Assembly (NCBI RefSeq): GCF_046119375.1
Contig: NW_027362770.1
Location: 197,346,001 to 197,410,000, forward strand
DNA length: 64,000 nucleotides
Direction: 5' to 3'
Source of the DNA: Phyllobates terribilis
Taxonomy: Eukaryota
Shown: piece by piece, positions 1 through 13,276 of the stretch
How the letters are laid out: each line of letters opens with the position of its first letter
How positions within the stretch are numbered: the stretch's first letter is position 1
Position numbers and translations under genes: made by a program
Notes under the pieces: generated by a model
Told to the model about the DNA's origin: nothing
Databases searched by the model: none
What the model saw: only the letters and a program-made list of their open reading frames with translations

Positions 1-3000
1 CATTATTTACCTCACTACTCCACTGTATGATCATTTCCCATTATTTAACTCACTGCTCCACTGTATGATCCCTTTCCTCCATTATTTACCTCACTACTCC
101 ACTGTATGATGACTTTCCCCCATTATTTACCTCACTGCTCTATTGTATGATGGCTTCCCCCCCATTATTTACCTCATTACTCCACTGTATGACTTTCCCC
201 CATTATTTACGTCACTGATCCAGTGTATGAGGACTTCCCCCCATTATTTACTTCACTACTCCACTGTATGATCACTTTCCCCCATTATTTAGCTCACTTC
301 ACTGTATGATCACTTTCCCCCATTATTTATTCACTACTCCACTGTATGATCACTTTCCCCCATTATTTACCTCACTGCTACACTGTATGACCACTTTCTC
401 CCATTATTTACCTCACTTCTCCACTGTATGATCAATTACCCCCATTATTTACTCACTTCTCCACTGTATGATCACTTTACCCCATTATTTACCTCACTGC
501 TCCACTTTATGACCACTTTCCCCCATTATTTACCTCACTGCTCCACTTTATGATCACTTTGCTGCATTTTTAGCTCACTGCACCACTGTATGATCACTTT
601 TCCCCATTATTCACCTCAATGCTCCACTGTATGATCACTTTCCCCCATTATTTACCTCACTGCTCCACTGTATGATGACTTTCCCCCATTATTTACCTCA
701 CTGCTCCACTGTATGATCTTTCACCCATTATTTACCTCACTGCTCCATCGTATGATCTTTCACCCATTATTTACCTCACTGTTCCATCGTATGATCACTT
801 TCCCCCATTATTTACCTCACTGCTCCATCGTATGATCAGTTTCTCCCATTATTTACCTCACTGCTCCACTGTATAATTTCCCCCCCATTATTTGCTCCAC
901 TATATGATCACTTTCCCCCATTATTTACCCCACTGCTCCACTGTATGATGACATTCTATTATTTACCTCACTGCTCCACTGTATGATCACTTTCCCCCAT
1001 TATTTTCCTCACTGCTCCACTGTATGACTTTTCCCCATTGTTTAGCTCACTGCTCCACTGTATGATGACTTTCCCCCATTAATTACCCCACTGCTCCACT
1101 GTATGATGACTTTCCCCCATTATTTACCTCACTATTTCACAGTATGATCACTTTCCCCCATGTTTTACCTCACTGCTCCACTGTATGATGACTTTCCCCC
1201 ATTGTTTACCTCACTGCTCCACTCTATGATGACTTTCCCCATTATTTACCTCACTGCTCCACTCTATGATGACTTTCCCCCATTATTTAGCTCACTGCTC
1301 CACTGTATGATCACTTCCCCCATTATTTACCTCACTGCTCCACTCTATGATGACTTTCCCCCATTATTTACCTCACTGCTCCACTGTATGACCACTTTCC
1401 TCCATTATTTACCTCACTGCTCCACTCTATGATGACTTTCCCCCATTATTTACCTCACTGCTCCACTGTATGACCACTTTCCTCCATTATTTACCTCACT
1501 GCTCCACTGTATGACTTTCCCCCATTATTTACCTCATGGCTTCACTGTACGATGACTTTCCCCCATTATTTACCTCACTGCTCCACTGTATGATGACTTT
1601 CCTCCATTATTTACCTCACTACTGCACTGTATGATCACTTCCCATTATTTAACTCACTGCTCCACTGTATGATCACTTTCCTCCATTATTTACCTCACTA
1701 CTCCACTGTATGATGACTTTCCCCCATTATTAACCTCATTGCTTCACTGTACGATGACTTTCCCCCATTATTTACCTCACGACTTCACTGTATGATGACT
1801 TTCCTCCATTATTTACCTCACTACTCCACTGTATGATCACTTCCCATTATTTAACTCACTGCTCCACTGTATGATCACTTTCCTCCATTATTTACCTCAC
1901 TACTCCACTGTATGATGACTTTCCCCCATTATTTACCTCACTGCTCTACTGTATGATGACTCCCCCCCATTATTTACCTCACTACTCCACTGTATGACTT
2001 TCCCCCATTATTACCTCACTGCTCCAGTGTATGAGGACTTCCCCCCATTATTTACCTCACTACTCCAATGTATGATCACTTTCCCCCATATTTAGCTTAC
2101 TTCTCCACTGTATGATCAATTTCCCCCATTATTTAGCTCACAACTCCACTGTATGATCACTTTCCCCCATTATTTACCTCACTACTCCACTGTATGATCA
2201 CTTTCCCCCATTATTTACTCACTGCTCCACTGTATGATCACGTTCCCCCATTATGTACCCCGCTGCTCCACTTTATGATCTCTTCACTGCATTATTTAGC
2301 TCACTGCACCACTGTATGATCACTTTTCCCCATTATTCAACTCAATGCTCCACTGTATGATCACTTTCCCCCATTATTTACCTCACTGCTCCACTGTATG
2401 ATCACTTTCCCCCATTATTTACCTCACTGCTCCACTGTATGATCTTTCACCCATTATTTACCTCACTGCTCCATCGTATGATCTTTCACCCATTATTTAC
2501 CTCACTGCTCCATCGTATGATCACTTCCCCCATTATTTACCTCATTGCTTCACTGTACGATGACTTTCCCCCATTATTTACCTCACAGCTCCACTGTATG
2601 ATGACTTTCCTCCATTATTTACCTCACTACTCCACTGTATGATCACTTCCCATTATTTAACTCACTGCTCCACTGTATGATCACTTTCCTCCATTATTTA
2701 CCTCACTACTCCACTGTATGATGACTTTCCCCCATTATTTACTTCACTGCTCCACGCTATGATTACTTCCCCCCTTATTTACCTCACTGCTCCACTGTAT
2801 GATGACTTCCCCCCATTATTTACCTCATTACTCCACTGTATGATTACTTTCCCCCATTATTTACCTCACTGCTCCAGTGTGAGGACTTCCCCCCATTATT
2901 TACCTCACTACTCCACTGTATGATCACTTTCCCCCATATTTAGCTCACTTCTCCACTGTATGATGACTTTCCCCCATTATTTACCTCACTGCTCCACTGT

Positions 3001-6000
3001 ATGATCACTTTCCCCCATTATTACCTCACTGCTACACTGTATGACCACTTTCCCCCATTATTTACCTCAGTATTCCACTGTATGATTACTTTCCCCCATT
3101 ATTTACCTCACTGCTCCACGCTATGATCACTTTCCCCCATTATTTACCTCACTGCTCCACTCTATGATCACTTTCCCCCATTATTTACCTCACTGCTCCA
3201 CTCTATGATCACTTTCTCCCATATTTAGCTCACTTCTCCACTGTATGATCACTTTCCCCCATTATTTACCTCACTACTCCACTGTATGATCACTTTCCTC
3301 CATTATTTACCCCACTACTCCACTGTATGATGACTTTCCCCCATTATTTACCTCACTGCTCCTCTCTATGATGACTTTCCCCCATTATTTACCTCATTGC
3401 TTCACTGTACGATGACTTTCCCCCATTATTTACCTCACTGCTCCACTCTATGATGACTTTCCCCCATTATATACCTCACTGCTCCACTGTATGATGACTT
3501 TCCTCCATTATTTACCTCATTGCTTCACTGTATGATGACTTTCCCCCATTATTTACCTCACTGCTCCACTCTATGATGAATTTCCCCCATTATTTACCTC
3601 ACTGCTCCACTGTATGATCACTTCCCATTATTTAACTCACTACTCCACTTTATGATTACTTTCCCCCATTATTTACCTCACTACTCCACTGTATGACCAC
3701 TTTCCCCCGTTATTTACCCCACTGCTCCACTGTATGATGACATTCTATTATTTACCTCACTGCTCCACTGTATGATCACTTTCCCCCATTATTTTCCTCA
3801 CTGCTCCACTGTATGACTTTTCCCCATTGTTTAACTCACTGCTCCACTGTATGATGACTTTCCCCCATTAGATACCCCACTGCTCCACTGTATGATGACT
3901 TTCCCCCATTATTTACCTCACTATTTCACAGTATGATCACTTTACCCCATGTTTTACCTCACTGCTCCACTGTATGATGACTTTCCCCCATTGTTTACCT
4001 CACAGCTCCACTCTATGATGACTTTCCCCATTATTTACCTCACTGCTCCACTCTATGATGACTTTCCCCCATTATTTAGCTCACTGCTCCACTGTATGAT
4101 CACTTCCCCCATTATTTACCTCACTGCTCCACTCTATGATGACTTTCCCCCATTATTTACCTCACTGCTCCACTGTATGACCACTTTCCTCCATTATTTA
4201 CCTCACTGCTCCACTCTATGATGACTTTCCCCCATTATTTACCTCACTGCTCCACTGTATGACCACTTTCCTCCATTATTTACCTCACTGCTCCACTGTA
4301 TGACTTTCCCCCATTATTTACCTCATGGCTTCACTGTACGATGACTTTCTCCCATTATTTACCTCACTGCTCCACTGTATGATGACTTTCCTCCATTATT
4401 TACCTCACTACTGCACTGTATGATCACTTCCCATTATTTAACTCACTGCTCCACTGTATGATCACTTTCCTCCATTATTTACCTCACTACTCCACTGTAT
4501 GATGACTTTCCCCCATTATTAACCTCATTGCTTCACTGTACGATGACTTTCCCCCATTATTTACCTCACTACTTCACTGTATGATGACTTTCCTCCATTA
4601 TTTACCTCACTACTCCACTGTATGATCACTTCCCATTATTTAACTCACTGCTCCACTGTATGATCACTTTCCTCCATTATTTACCTCACTACTCCACTGT
4701 ATGATGATTTTCCCCCATTATTTACCTCACTGCTCTACTGTATGATGACTCCCCCCCATTATTTACCTCACTACTCCACTGTATGACTTTCCCCCATTAT
4801 TACCTCACTGCTCCAGTGTATGTATGAGGACTTCCCCCCATTATTTACCTCACTACTCCAATGTATGATCACTTTCCCCCATATTTAGCTTACTTCTCCA
4901 CTGTATGATCACTTTCCCCCATTATTTAGCTCACAACTCCACTGTATGATCACTTTCCCCCATTATTTACCTCACTGCTCCTGTATGACTACTTTACCCT
5001 ATTATTTACCTCACTACTCCACTGTATGATCACTTTCCCCCATTATTTACTCACTGCTCCACTGTATGATCACGTTCCTCCATTATGTACCCCGCTGCTC
5101 CACTTTATGATCTCTTCACTGCATTATTTAGCTCACTGCACCACTGTATGATCACTTTTCCCCATTATTCAACTCAATGCTCCACTGTATGATCACTTTC
5201 CCCCATTATTTACCTCACTGCTCCACTGTATGATCACTTTCCCCCATTATTTACCTCACTGCTCCACTGTATGATCTTTCACCCATTATTTACCTCACTG
5301 CTCCATCGTATGATCTTTCACCCATTATTTACCTCACTGCTCCATCGTATGATCACTTCCCCCATTATTTACCTCATTGCTTCACTGTACGATGACTTTC
5401 CCCCATTATTTACCTCACAGCTCCACTGTATGATGACTTTCCTCCATTATTTACCTCACTACTCCACTGTGTGATCACTTCCCATTATTTAACTCACTGC
5501 TCCACTGTATGATCACTTTCCTCCATTATTTACCTCACTACTCCACTGTATGATGACTTTCCCCCATTATTTACCTCACTGCTCCACGCTATGATTACTT
5601 CCCCCCTTATTTACCTCACTGCTCCACTGTATGATGACTTCCCCCCATTATTTACCTCACTACTCCACTGTATGATCACTTTCCCCCATATTTAGCTCAC
5701 TTCTCCACTGTATGATGACTTTCCCCCATTATTTACCTCACTGCTCCACTGTATGATCACTTTCCCCCATTATTACCTCACTGCTACACTGTATGACCAC
5801 TTTCCCCCATTATTTACCTCAGTATTCCACTGTATGATTACTTTCCCCCATTATTTACCTCACTGCTCCACGCTATGATCACTTTCCCCCATTATTTACC
5901 TCACTGCTCCACTCTATGATCACTTTCCCCCATTATTTACCTCACTACTCCACTCTATGATCACTTTCTCCCATATTTAGCTCACTTCTCCACTGTATGA

Positions 6001-9000
6001 TCACTTTCCCCCATTATTTACCTCACTACTCCACTGTATGATCACTTTCCTCCATTATTTACTCCACTACTCCACTGTATGATGACTTTCCCCCATTATT
6101 TACCTCACTGCTCCTCTCTATGATGACTTTCCCCCATTATTTACCTCATTGCTTCACTGTACGATGACTTTCCCCCATTATTTACCTCACTGCTCCACTC
6201 TATGATGACTTTCCCCCATTATTTACCTCACTGCTCCACTGTATGATGACTTTCCCCCATTATTTACCTCATTGCTTCACTGTATGATGACTTTCCCCCA
6301 TTATTTACCTCACTGCTCCACTCTATGATGAATTTCCCCCATTATTTACCTCACTGCTCCACTGTATGATCACTTCCCATTATTTAACTCACTACTCCAC
6401 TTTATGATTACTTTCCCCCATTATTTACCTCACTACTCCACTGTATGACCACTTTCCCCCGTTATTTACCTCACTACTCCACTGTATGATCACTTTCCCC
6501 CATTATTTACCTCACTACTCCACTGTATGATCACTTTCCCCCAGTATTTACCTCACTGCTCCACTCTATGATCACTTTCCCCCATATTTAGCTCACTTCT
6601 CCACTGTATGATCACTTTCCCCCATTATTTACCTCACTACTCCACTGTATGATCACTTCCCATTATTTAACTCACTGCTCCACTGTATGATCACTTTCCT
6701 CCATTATTTACCCCAATACTCCACTGTATGATGACTTTCCCCCATTATTTACGTCACTGCTCCACTCTATGATGACTTTCCCCCATTATTTACCTCATTG
6801 CTTCACTGTACGATGACTTTCCCCCATTATTTACCTCACTGCTCCACTCTATGATGACTTTCCCCCATTATTTACCTCACTGCTCCACTCTATGATGACT
6901 TTCCCCCATTATTTACCTCACTGCTCCACTGTATGATCACTTCCCATTATTTAACTCACTACTCCACTGTATGATTACTTTCCCCCATTATTTACCTCAC
7001 TGCTCCACGCTATGATCACTTTCCCCCATTATTTACCTCACTACTTCACTTTATGATGACTTCCCCCCCATTATTTACCTCACTGCTCCACTGTATGATG
7101 ACTTCCCCCCCGTTATTTACCTCACTGCTCCACTGTATGATGACTTCCCCCCATTATTTCCCTCACTGCTCCACTCTATGATGACTTTCCTCCATTATTT
7201 CCCTCACTGCTTCACTGTATGATGACTTTCCCCCATTATTTCCCTCACTGCTCCACTGTATGACTTTCCCCCATTATTTACCTCACTGCTCCACTCTATG
7301 ATGACTTTCCCCCATTATTTACCTCACTGCTCCACTGTATGATGACTTTCCCCCATTATTTACCTGATTGCTTCACTGTACGATGAGTTTCCCCCATTAT
7401 TTACCTCACTGCTCCACTCTATGATGACTTTCCCCCATTATTTACCTCACTGCTCCACTGTATGATCACTTCCCATTATTTAACTCACTGCTCCACTGTA
7501 TGATCACTTTCCCCCATTATTTACCTCACTGCTCCATGCTATGATCACTTTCCCCCATTATTTACCTCACTGCTCCACTCTATGATCACTTTCCCCCATT
7601 ATTTACCTCACTACTTCACTGTATGATGACTCCCCCCCCCCATTATTTACCTCACTGCTCCACTGTATGATGACTCCCCCCCATTATTTACCTCATTGCT
7701 CCACTGTATGATCACTTTCCCCCATATTTAGCTCACTACTGCACTGTATGATGACTTTCCCCCATTATTTACCTCACTGCTCCACTCTATGATGACTTTC
7801 CCCCATTATTTACCTCACTGCTCCACTGACTGATCACTTTCCCCCATTATTTACCTCACTGCTCCACTGTATGATGACTTTCCCCCATTATTTACCTCAC
7901 TGCTCCACTCTATGATGACTTCCCCCCATTATTTACCTCACTACTCCACTGTATGATCACTTTCCCCCATTATTTACCTCACTGCTCCACGCTATGATCA
8001 CTTTCCCCCATTATTTACCTCACTGCTCCACTCTATGATCAGTTCCCATTATTTACCTCACTGCTCCACTGTATGATCACTTCCCATTATTTAACTCACT
8101 GCTCCACTGTATGATCACTTCCCATTATTTAACTCACTGCTCCACTCTATGATCACTTTCCCCCATTATTTACCTCACTGCTCCACGCTATGATCACTTT
8201 CCCCCATTATTTACCTCACTGCTCCACTGTATGATCACTTCCCATTATTTAACTCACTGCTCCACTGTATGATCACTTTCCCCCATTATTTACCTCACTG
8301 CTCCACGCTATGATCACTTTCCCCCATTATTTACCTCACTGCTCCACTCTATGATCACTTTCCCCCATTATTTGCCTCACTGCTCCACTGTATGATGACT
8401 TTCCTCCATTATTTACCTCACTACTCCACTGTATGATCACTTTCCCCCATTATTTACCTCACTATTCCACTGTATGATCACTTTCCTCCATTATTTACCT
8501 CACTGCTCCACTCTATGATGACTTTCCCCCATTATTTACCTCACTGCTCCACTGTATGATGACTTTCCCCCTTTATTTACCTCACTACTCCACTGTATGA
8601 TCACTTTCCTCCATTATTTACCTCACTGCTCCACTCTATGATGACTTTCCCCCATTATTTACCTCACTGCTCCACGCTATGATCACTTTCCCCATTATTT
8701 ACCTCACTGCTCCACGCTATGATCACTTTCCTCCATTATTTACCTCACTGCTCCACGCTATGATCACTTTCCTCCATTATTTACCTCACTGCTCCACTCT
8801 ATGATCACTTTCCTCCATTATTTACCTCACTGCTCCACTGTATGATGACTTTCCCCCTTTATTTACCTCACTACTCCACTGTATGATCACTTTCCTCCAT
8901 TATTTACCTCACTGCTCCACTCTATGATGAATTTCCCCCATTATTTACCTCACTGCTCCACTCTATGATCACTTTCCCCCATTATTTACCTCACTGCTCC

Positions 9001-10888
9001 ACGCTATGATCACTTTCCTCCATTATTTACCTCACTGCTCCACTGTATGATGACTTTCCCCCTTTATTTACCTCACTACTCCACTGTATGATCACTTTCC
9101 TCCATTATTTACCTCACTGCTCCACTCTATGATGACTTTCCCCCATTATTTACCTCACTGCTCCACTCTATGATCACTTTCCCCTATTATTTACCTCACT
9201 GCTCCACTCTTTGATCACTTTCCCCCATTATTTACCTCACTGCTCCACTGTATGATGACTTTCCCCCATTATTTACCTCACTGCTCTATTGTATGATGAC
9301 TTTCCCCCATTATTTACCGCACTGCTCCACTCTATGATCACTTTCCCCCATTATTTACCTCACTGCTCCACTCTATGATGACTTTCCCCCATTATTCACC
9401 TCACTGCTCCACTCTATGATGACTTTTCCCCATTATTCACCTCACTGCTCCACTCTATGATCACTTTCCCCCATTATTCACCTCACTGCTCCACTCTATG
9501 ATGACTTTCCCCCATTATTTACCGCACTGCTCCACTCTATGATCACTTTCCCCCATTATTTACCTCACTGCTCCACTCTATGATGACTTTCCCCCATTAT
9601 TCACCTCACTGCTCCACTCTATGATGACTTTCCCCCATTATTTACCGCACTGCTCCACTCTATGATCACTTTCCCCCATTATTTACCTCACTGCTCCACT
9701 GTATGATGACTTTCCCCCATTATTTACCTCACTGCTCCACTGTATGATGACTTTCCCCCTTTATTTACCTCACTGCTCCACTCTATGATCACTTTCCTCC
9801 ATTATTTACCTCACTGTCAACTCTATGATGACTTTCCCCCATTATTTACCGCACTGCTCCACTCTATGATGACTTTCCCCCAATTATTCACCTCACTGCT
9901 CCACTCTATGATCACTTTCCCCCATTATTTACCTCACTGCTCCACTCTATGATGACTTTCCCCCATTATTTACCTCACTGCTCCACTCTTTGATCACTTT
10001 CCCCCATTATTTACCTCACTGCTCCACTGTATGATGACTTTCCCCCATTATTTACCTCACTGCTCTATTGTATGATGACTTTCCCCCATTATTTACCGCA
10101 CTGCTCCACTCTATGATCACTTTCCCCCATTATTTACCTCACTGCTCCACTCTATGATGACTTTCCCCCATTATTCACCTCACTGCTCCACTCTATGATG
10201 ACTTTCCCCCATTATTTACCTCACTGCTCCACTCTATGATGACTTTCCCCCATTATTCACCTCACTGCTCCACTCTATGACTTTCCCCCATTATTTACCT
10301 CACTGCTCCACTCTATGATCACTTTCCCCCATTATTCACCTCACTGCTCCACTCTATGATGACTTTCCCCCATTATTTACCTCACTGCTCCACTCTTTGA
10401 TCAGTTTCCCCCATTATTTACCTCACTGCTCCACTGTATGATGACTTTCCCCCATTATTTACCGCACTGCTCCACTCTATGATCACTTTCCCCCATTATT
10501 TACCTCACTGCTCCACTCTATGATGACTTTCCCCCATTATTCACCTCACTGCTCCACTCTATGATGACTTTCCCCCATTATTTACCTCACTGCTCCACTC
10601 TATGATCACTTTCCCCCATTATTTACCTCACTGCTCCACTCTATGATGACTTTCCCCCATTATTTACCTCACTGCTCCACTCTATGATGACTTTCCCCCT
10701 TTATTTACCTCACTGCTCCACTCTATGATCACTTTCCTCCATTATTTACCTCACTGCTCCACTCTATGATCACTTTCCTCCATTATTTACCTCACTGCTC
10801 CACTCTATGATGACTTTCCCCCATTATTTACCGCACTGCTCCACTCTATGATGACTTTCCCCCATTATTTACCTCACTGCTCCACTGT
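1..10888. repeat. 41-bp tandem satellite, consensus CCCCCATTATTTACCTCACTGCTCCACTGTATGATGACTTT, ~265 units, open at the left edge
   Basis: Unit read directly from sequence. The array stops abruptly at ...CTCCACTGT|GTGCGG (10888). Near-identical ORFs offset by 2789 and 2832 bp indicate a ~2.8-kb higher-order duplication. Confidence 0.97.
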
Positions 10889-11029
10889 GTGCGGTGATTC
10901 ATCATTTTCTGACATTCCTGTTTCGCGCGCTCTTTTTTTTGCTGTAGTTGCAGATGTCTACCAGGAGGGGCGCATTAGTAGGCGTGGTTTTCCCTGCAAA
11001 GGGCGTATTTTGATGCAGCAATACCCCTC

Positions 11030-11110
11030 CCTCTGACCAATCACAGGCGGTAGATCTTCGTGTCGTCACGCAGAGCGGCTGTAGTATTTATAGATCGTAT
11101 TTAAAGAGCC
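11030..11110 (+). promoter_or_regulatory. KRAS: Candidate KRAS core promoter
   Basis: CCAAT at 11037-11041 (TGACCAATCA), CRE-like CGTCACG at 11064-11070, TATA-like TATTTATAG (11085-11093) and TATTTAAAG (11098-11106), at the start of a CpG-rich stretch. The TSS is not determinable from sequence. Confidence 0.6.
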
Positions 11111-11247
11111 CCTGGGAGTCTCCGGCTGCGCGGCCTGGTGACGAGGAGTCCGGACGCGGCCTCGCTGTACCTTGGCCCCGGGGCAGCTCTCGCCGGGAGT
11201 AGACCGCTCTGTCAGCGAGAGGAGTATGGACGTGTAGCCGGAGAGCG
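11110..11247 (+). other. KRAS: Candidate non-coding first exon of KRAS (start approximate)
   Basis: CpG-rich segment ending in the donor GCG|GTGAGT at 11248. The implied 5163-bp intron to the acceptor at 16410 fits the known non-coding first exon of vertebrate KRAS. Confidence 0.65.
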
Positions 11248-11559
11248 GTGAGTGTCCGGGGGGCTGCGAGCGGAGGGCAGGTCAGTGCGGGGGCTCCGTG
11301 CTGCAGTGTGTGGGCGCAGGGGGCTCTGCCGCTGCTGCAGTCTCCCTCCTCTTATGGGGAAGGCCGGAGCGCAGGGGCCGCTGGCTGCAGGATGGGCGCT
11401 CTGATCGGCCGATCATTATCCTGTCTGATTGGGTGATCGTCCCCGATCTCTGGTGACTGATTTCTATTCGGCTGTGGACTCTCTAGCCAAGAATCCAGTT
11501 GGAAAATCCTCAGCAGTAGCGGTGGGTGCCCCACCGTGGATGGGGTACCTGGTTGCCCC

Positions 11560-12050
11560 TGCCGCGGATGTGGTATCGGTGGAGGCCCCCCTGCTGCGGA
11601 TGTGGTATCTGTGGACACCCCCTCCCATAGATGTGGTATCGGTGGAGGCCCCCCGCCGCGGATGTGGTATCGGTGAACACCCCCTCCCATAGATGTGGTA
11701 TCGGTGGAGGCCCCCCGCCGCGGATGTGGTATCTGTGGACACCCCCTCCCATAGATGTGGTATCGGTGGAGGCCCCCCGCCGCGGATGTGGTATCGGTGA
11801 ACACCCCCTCCCATAGCTATGGTATCGGTGGAGGCCCCCCGCCGCGGATGTGGTATCGGTGAACACCCCCTCCCATAGCTATGGTATCGGTGGAGGCCCC
11901 CTGCCGCGGATGTGGTATCGGTGAACACCCCCTCCTATAGATGTGGTATCGGTGGAGGCCCCCCGCCGCGGATGTATCGGTGGAGGCCCCCCGCCGCGGA
12001 TGTGGTATCGGTGCCCGCACTCCATAAATGTGGTATCGGTGGATGCCCCC
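11560..12050. repeat. GC-rich minisatellite, ~60-bp unit made of two related ~30-bp halves (GATGTGGTATCGGTG core)
   Basis: Alternating GCGGATGTGGTATCGGTGGAGGCCCCCCGCC and GATGTGGTATCGGTGAACACCCCCTCCCATA units in KRAS intron 1. Confidence 0.9.
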
Positions 12051-12455
12051 CCCCCCCCATGTATGGGATGCCCTGCTGTGGATAGGGTAACTGAACACCC
12101 CACGCGGATGGGGTGACGGTGGACGCCCCGCCACGGATGGGGTAAGATCTTACTGCGCCATTCAGGTGGGGGGCGCTCTACAACATGGCCAGAGATCGTG
12201 ATGGACCGCAGCACAATGTGAGGGACTGTTGCCGTGTTGTGACCCGTGGGCTGCAAAAATATTTGGTAATTGCAAATATTGGGCCTATTTATTATTTGGC
12301 TGCCCCATCTTGACCGGGCCGGTTATGTTCTCCTGGAGGACGTCCACATTTCCCTTCATCGCTGCGGATCTTCTCTTTGGGTTTTACAATGCAGAATCTA
12401 TTATGAGCCAAGCGGCGCCAATCTCCTCCACGCTCTGCGGACGGTTTCTTGCAGA

Positions 12456-12545
12456 ATGTGACCTGCGGCGTGTCCGTCTGATTATATGTGACCTGCGGCG
12501 TGTCCGTCTGATTATATGTGACCTGCGGCGTGTCCGTCTGATTAT
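12456..12545. repeat. 30-bp tandem repeat x3
   Basis: ATGTGACCTGCGGCGTGTCCGTCTGATTAT at 12456, 12486, 12516. Confidence 0.95.
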
Positions 12546-12701
12546 TTTCTCTATGAGGAGGTTAAAATCCACAAGAAACCTGCGTGATCACGGATCTTGC
12601 TGTGGATTACCTGCGGGGCAGCAGCAACAGCCGTAAATCCAGCAAGGCTTAAAGTGAAAAAAGAAACCTCCACACACCACCGGCTTCTACTTGGAAAGTC
12701 T

Positions 12702-12758
12702 GGGCCTCCAGTGACTGCCAGGGCCTCCAGTGACTGCCAGGGCCTCCAGTGACTGCCA
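12702..12758. repeat. 19-bp tandem repeat x3
   Basis: GGGCCTCCAGTGACTGCCA three times. Confidence 0.95.
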
Positions 12759-13150
12759 GGGGCCCTTTCTTGATATTAGTGGACGGTGATTGTTGCACAG
12801 CACTCCCATTAATGAAGGCGACTCTTTAGAGATTTTCCTGGTGGATTTTCGACAAGTATTGCAGCTTGCTGAGTCCTAACAGTGCGTAATATAATCACTG
12901 TTAGGATTCGGCTCTGCTTACGTGACTGCAAGTAAGCGACTTGCATATCTGCTGTTAAATGCTGACTAGATTCTTATCCGCTTCTCTGTCTTGGTTCTTG
13001 ACAACTGGACCCAGCCGAATCTTAACTGTGCGTATATTACATACATTTTGGGATTTGACAAGCAGTAGTGTCCAGAATTGTGAACACTGGATCTCTGATG
13101 AAGGACAGTTTATCACATCTGTATGTTGAGGTCCCCAAGTCCTGACCGTG

Positions 13151-13276
13151 ATGCAAGAACCGGCCCCGGGTCTCCAGCTGCATTGGCAGGAATGCAAGAA
13201 CCGGGCCCCGGGTCTGCAGCTGCATTGGCAGGAATGCAAGAACCGGGCCCCGGGTCTGCAGCTGCATCGGCAGGAA
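13151..13276. repeat. 42-bp tandem repeat x3
   Basis: ATGCAAGAACCGGGCCCCGGGTCTGCAGCTGCATTGGCAGGA-like units at 13151, 13192, 13234. Confidence 0.93.
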
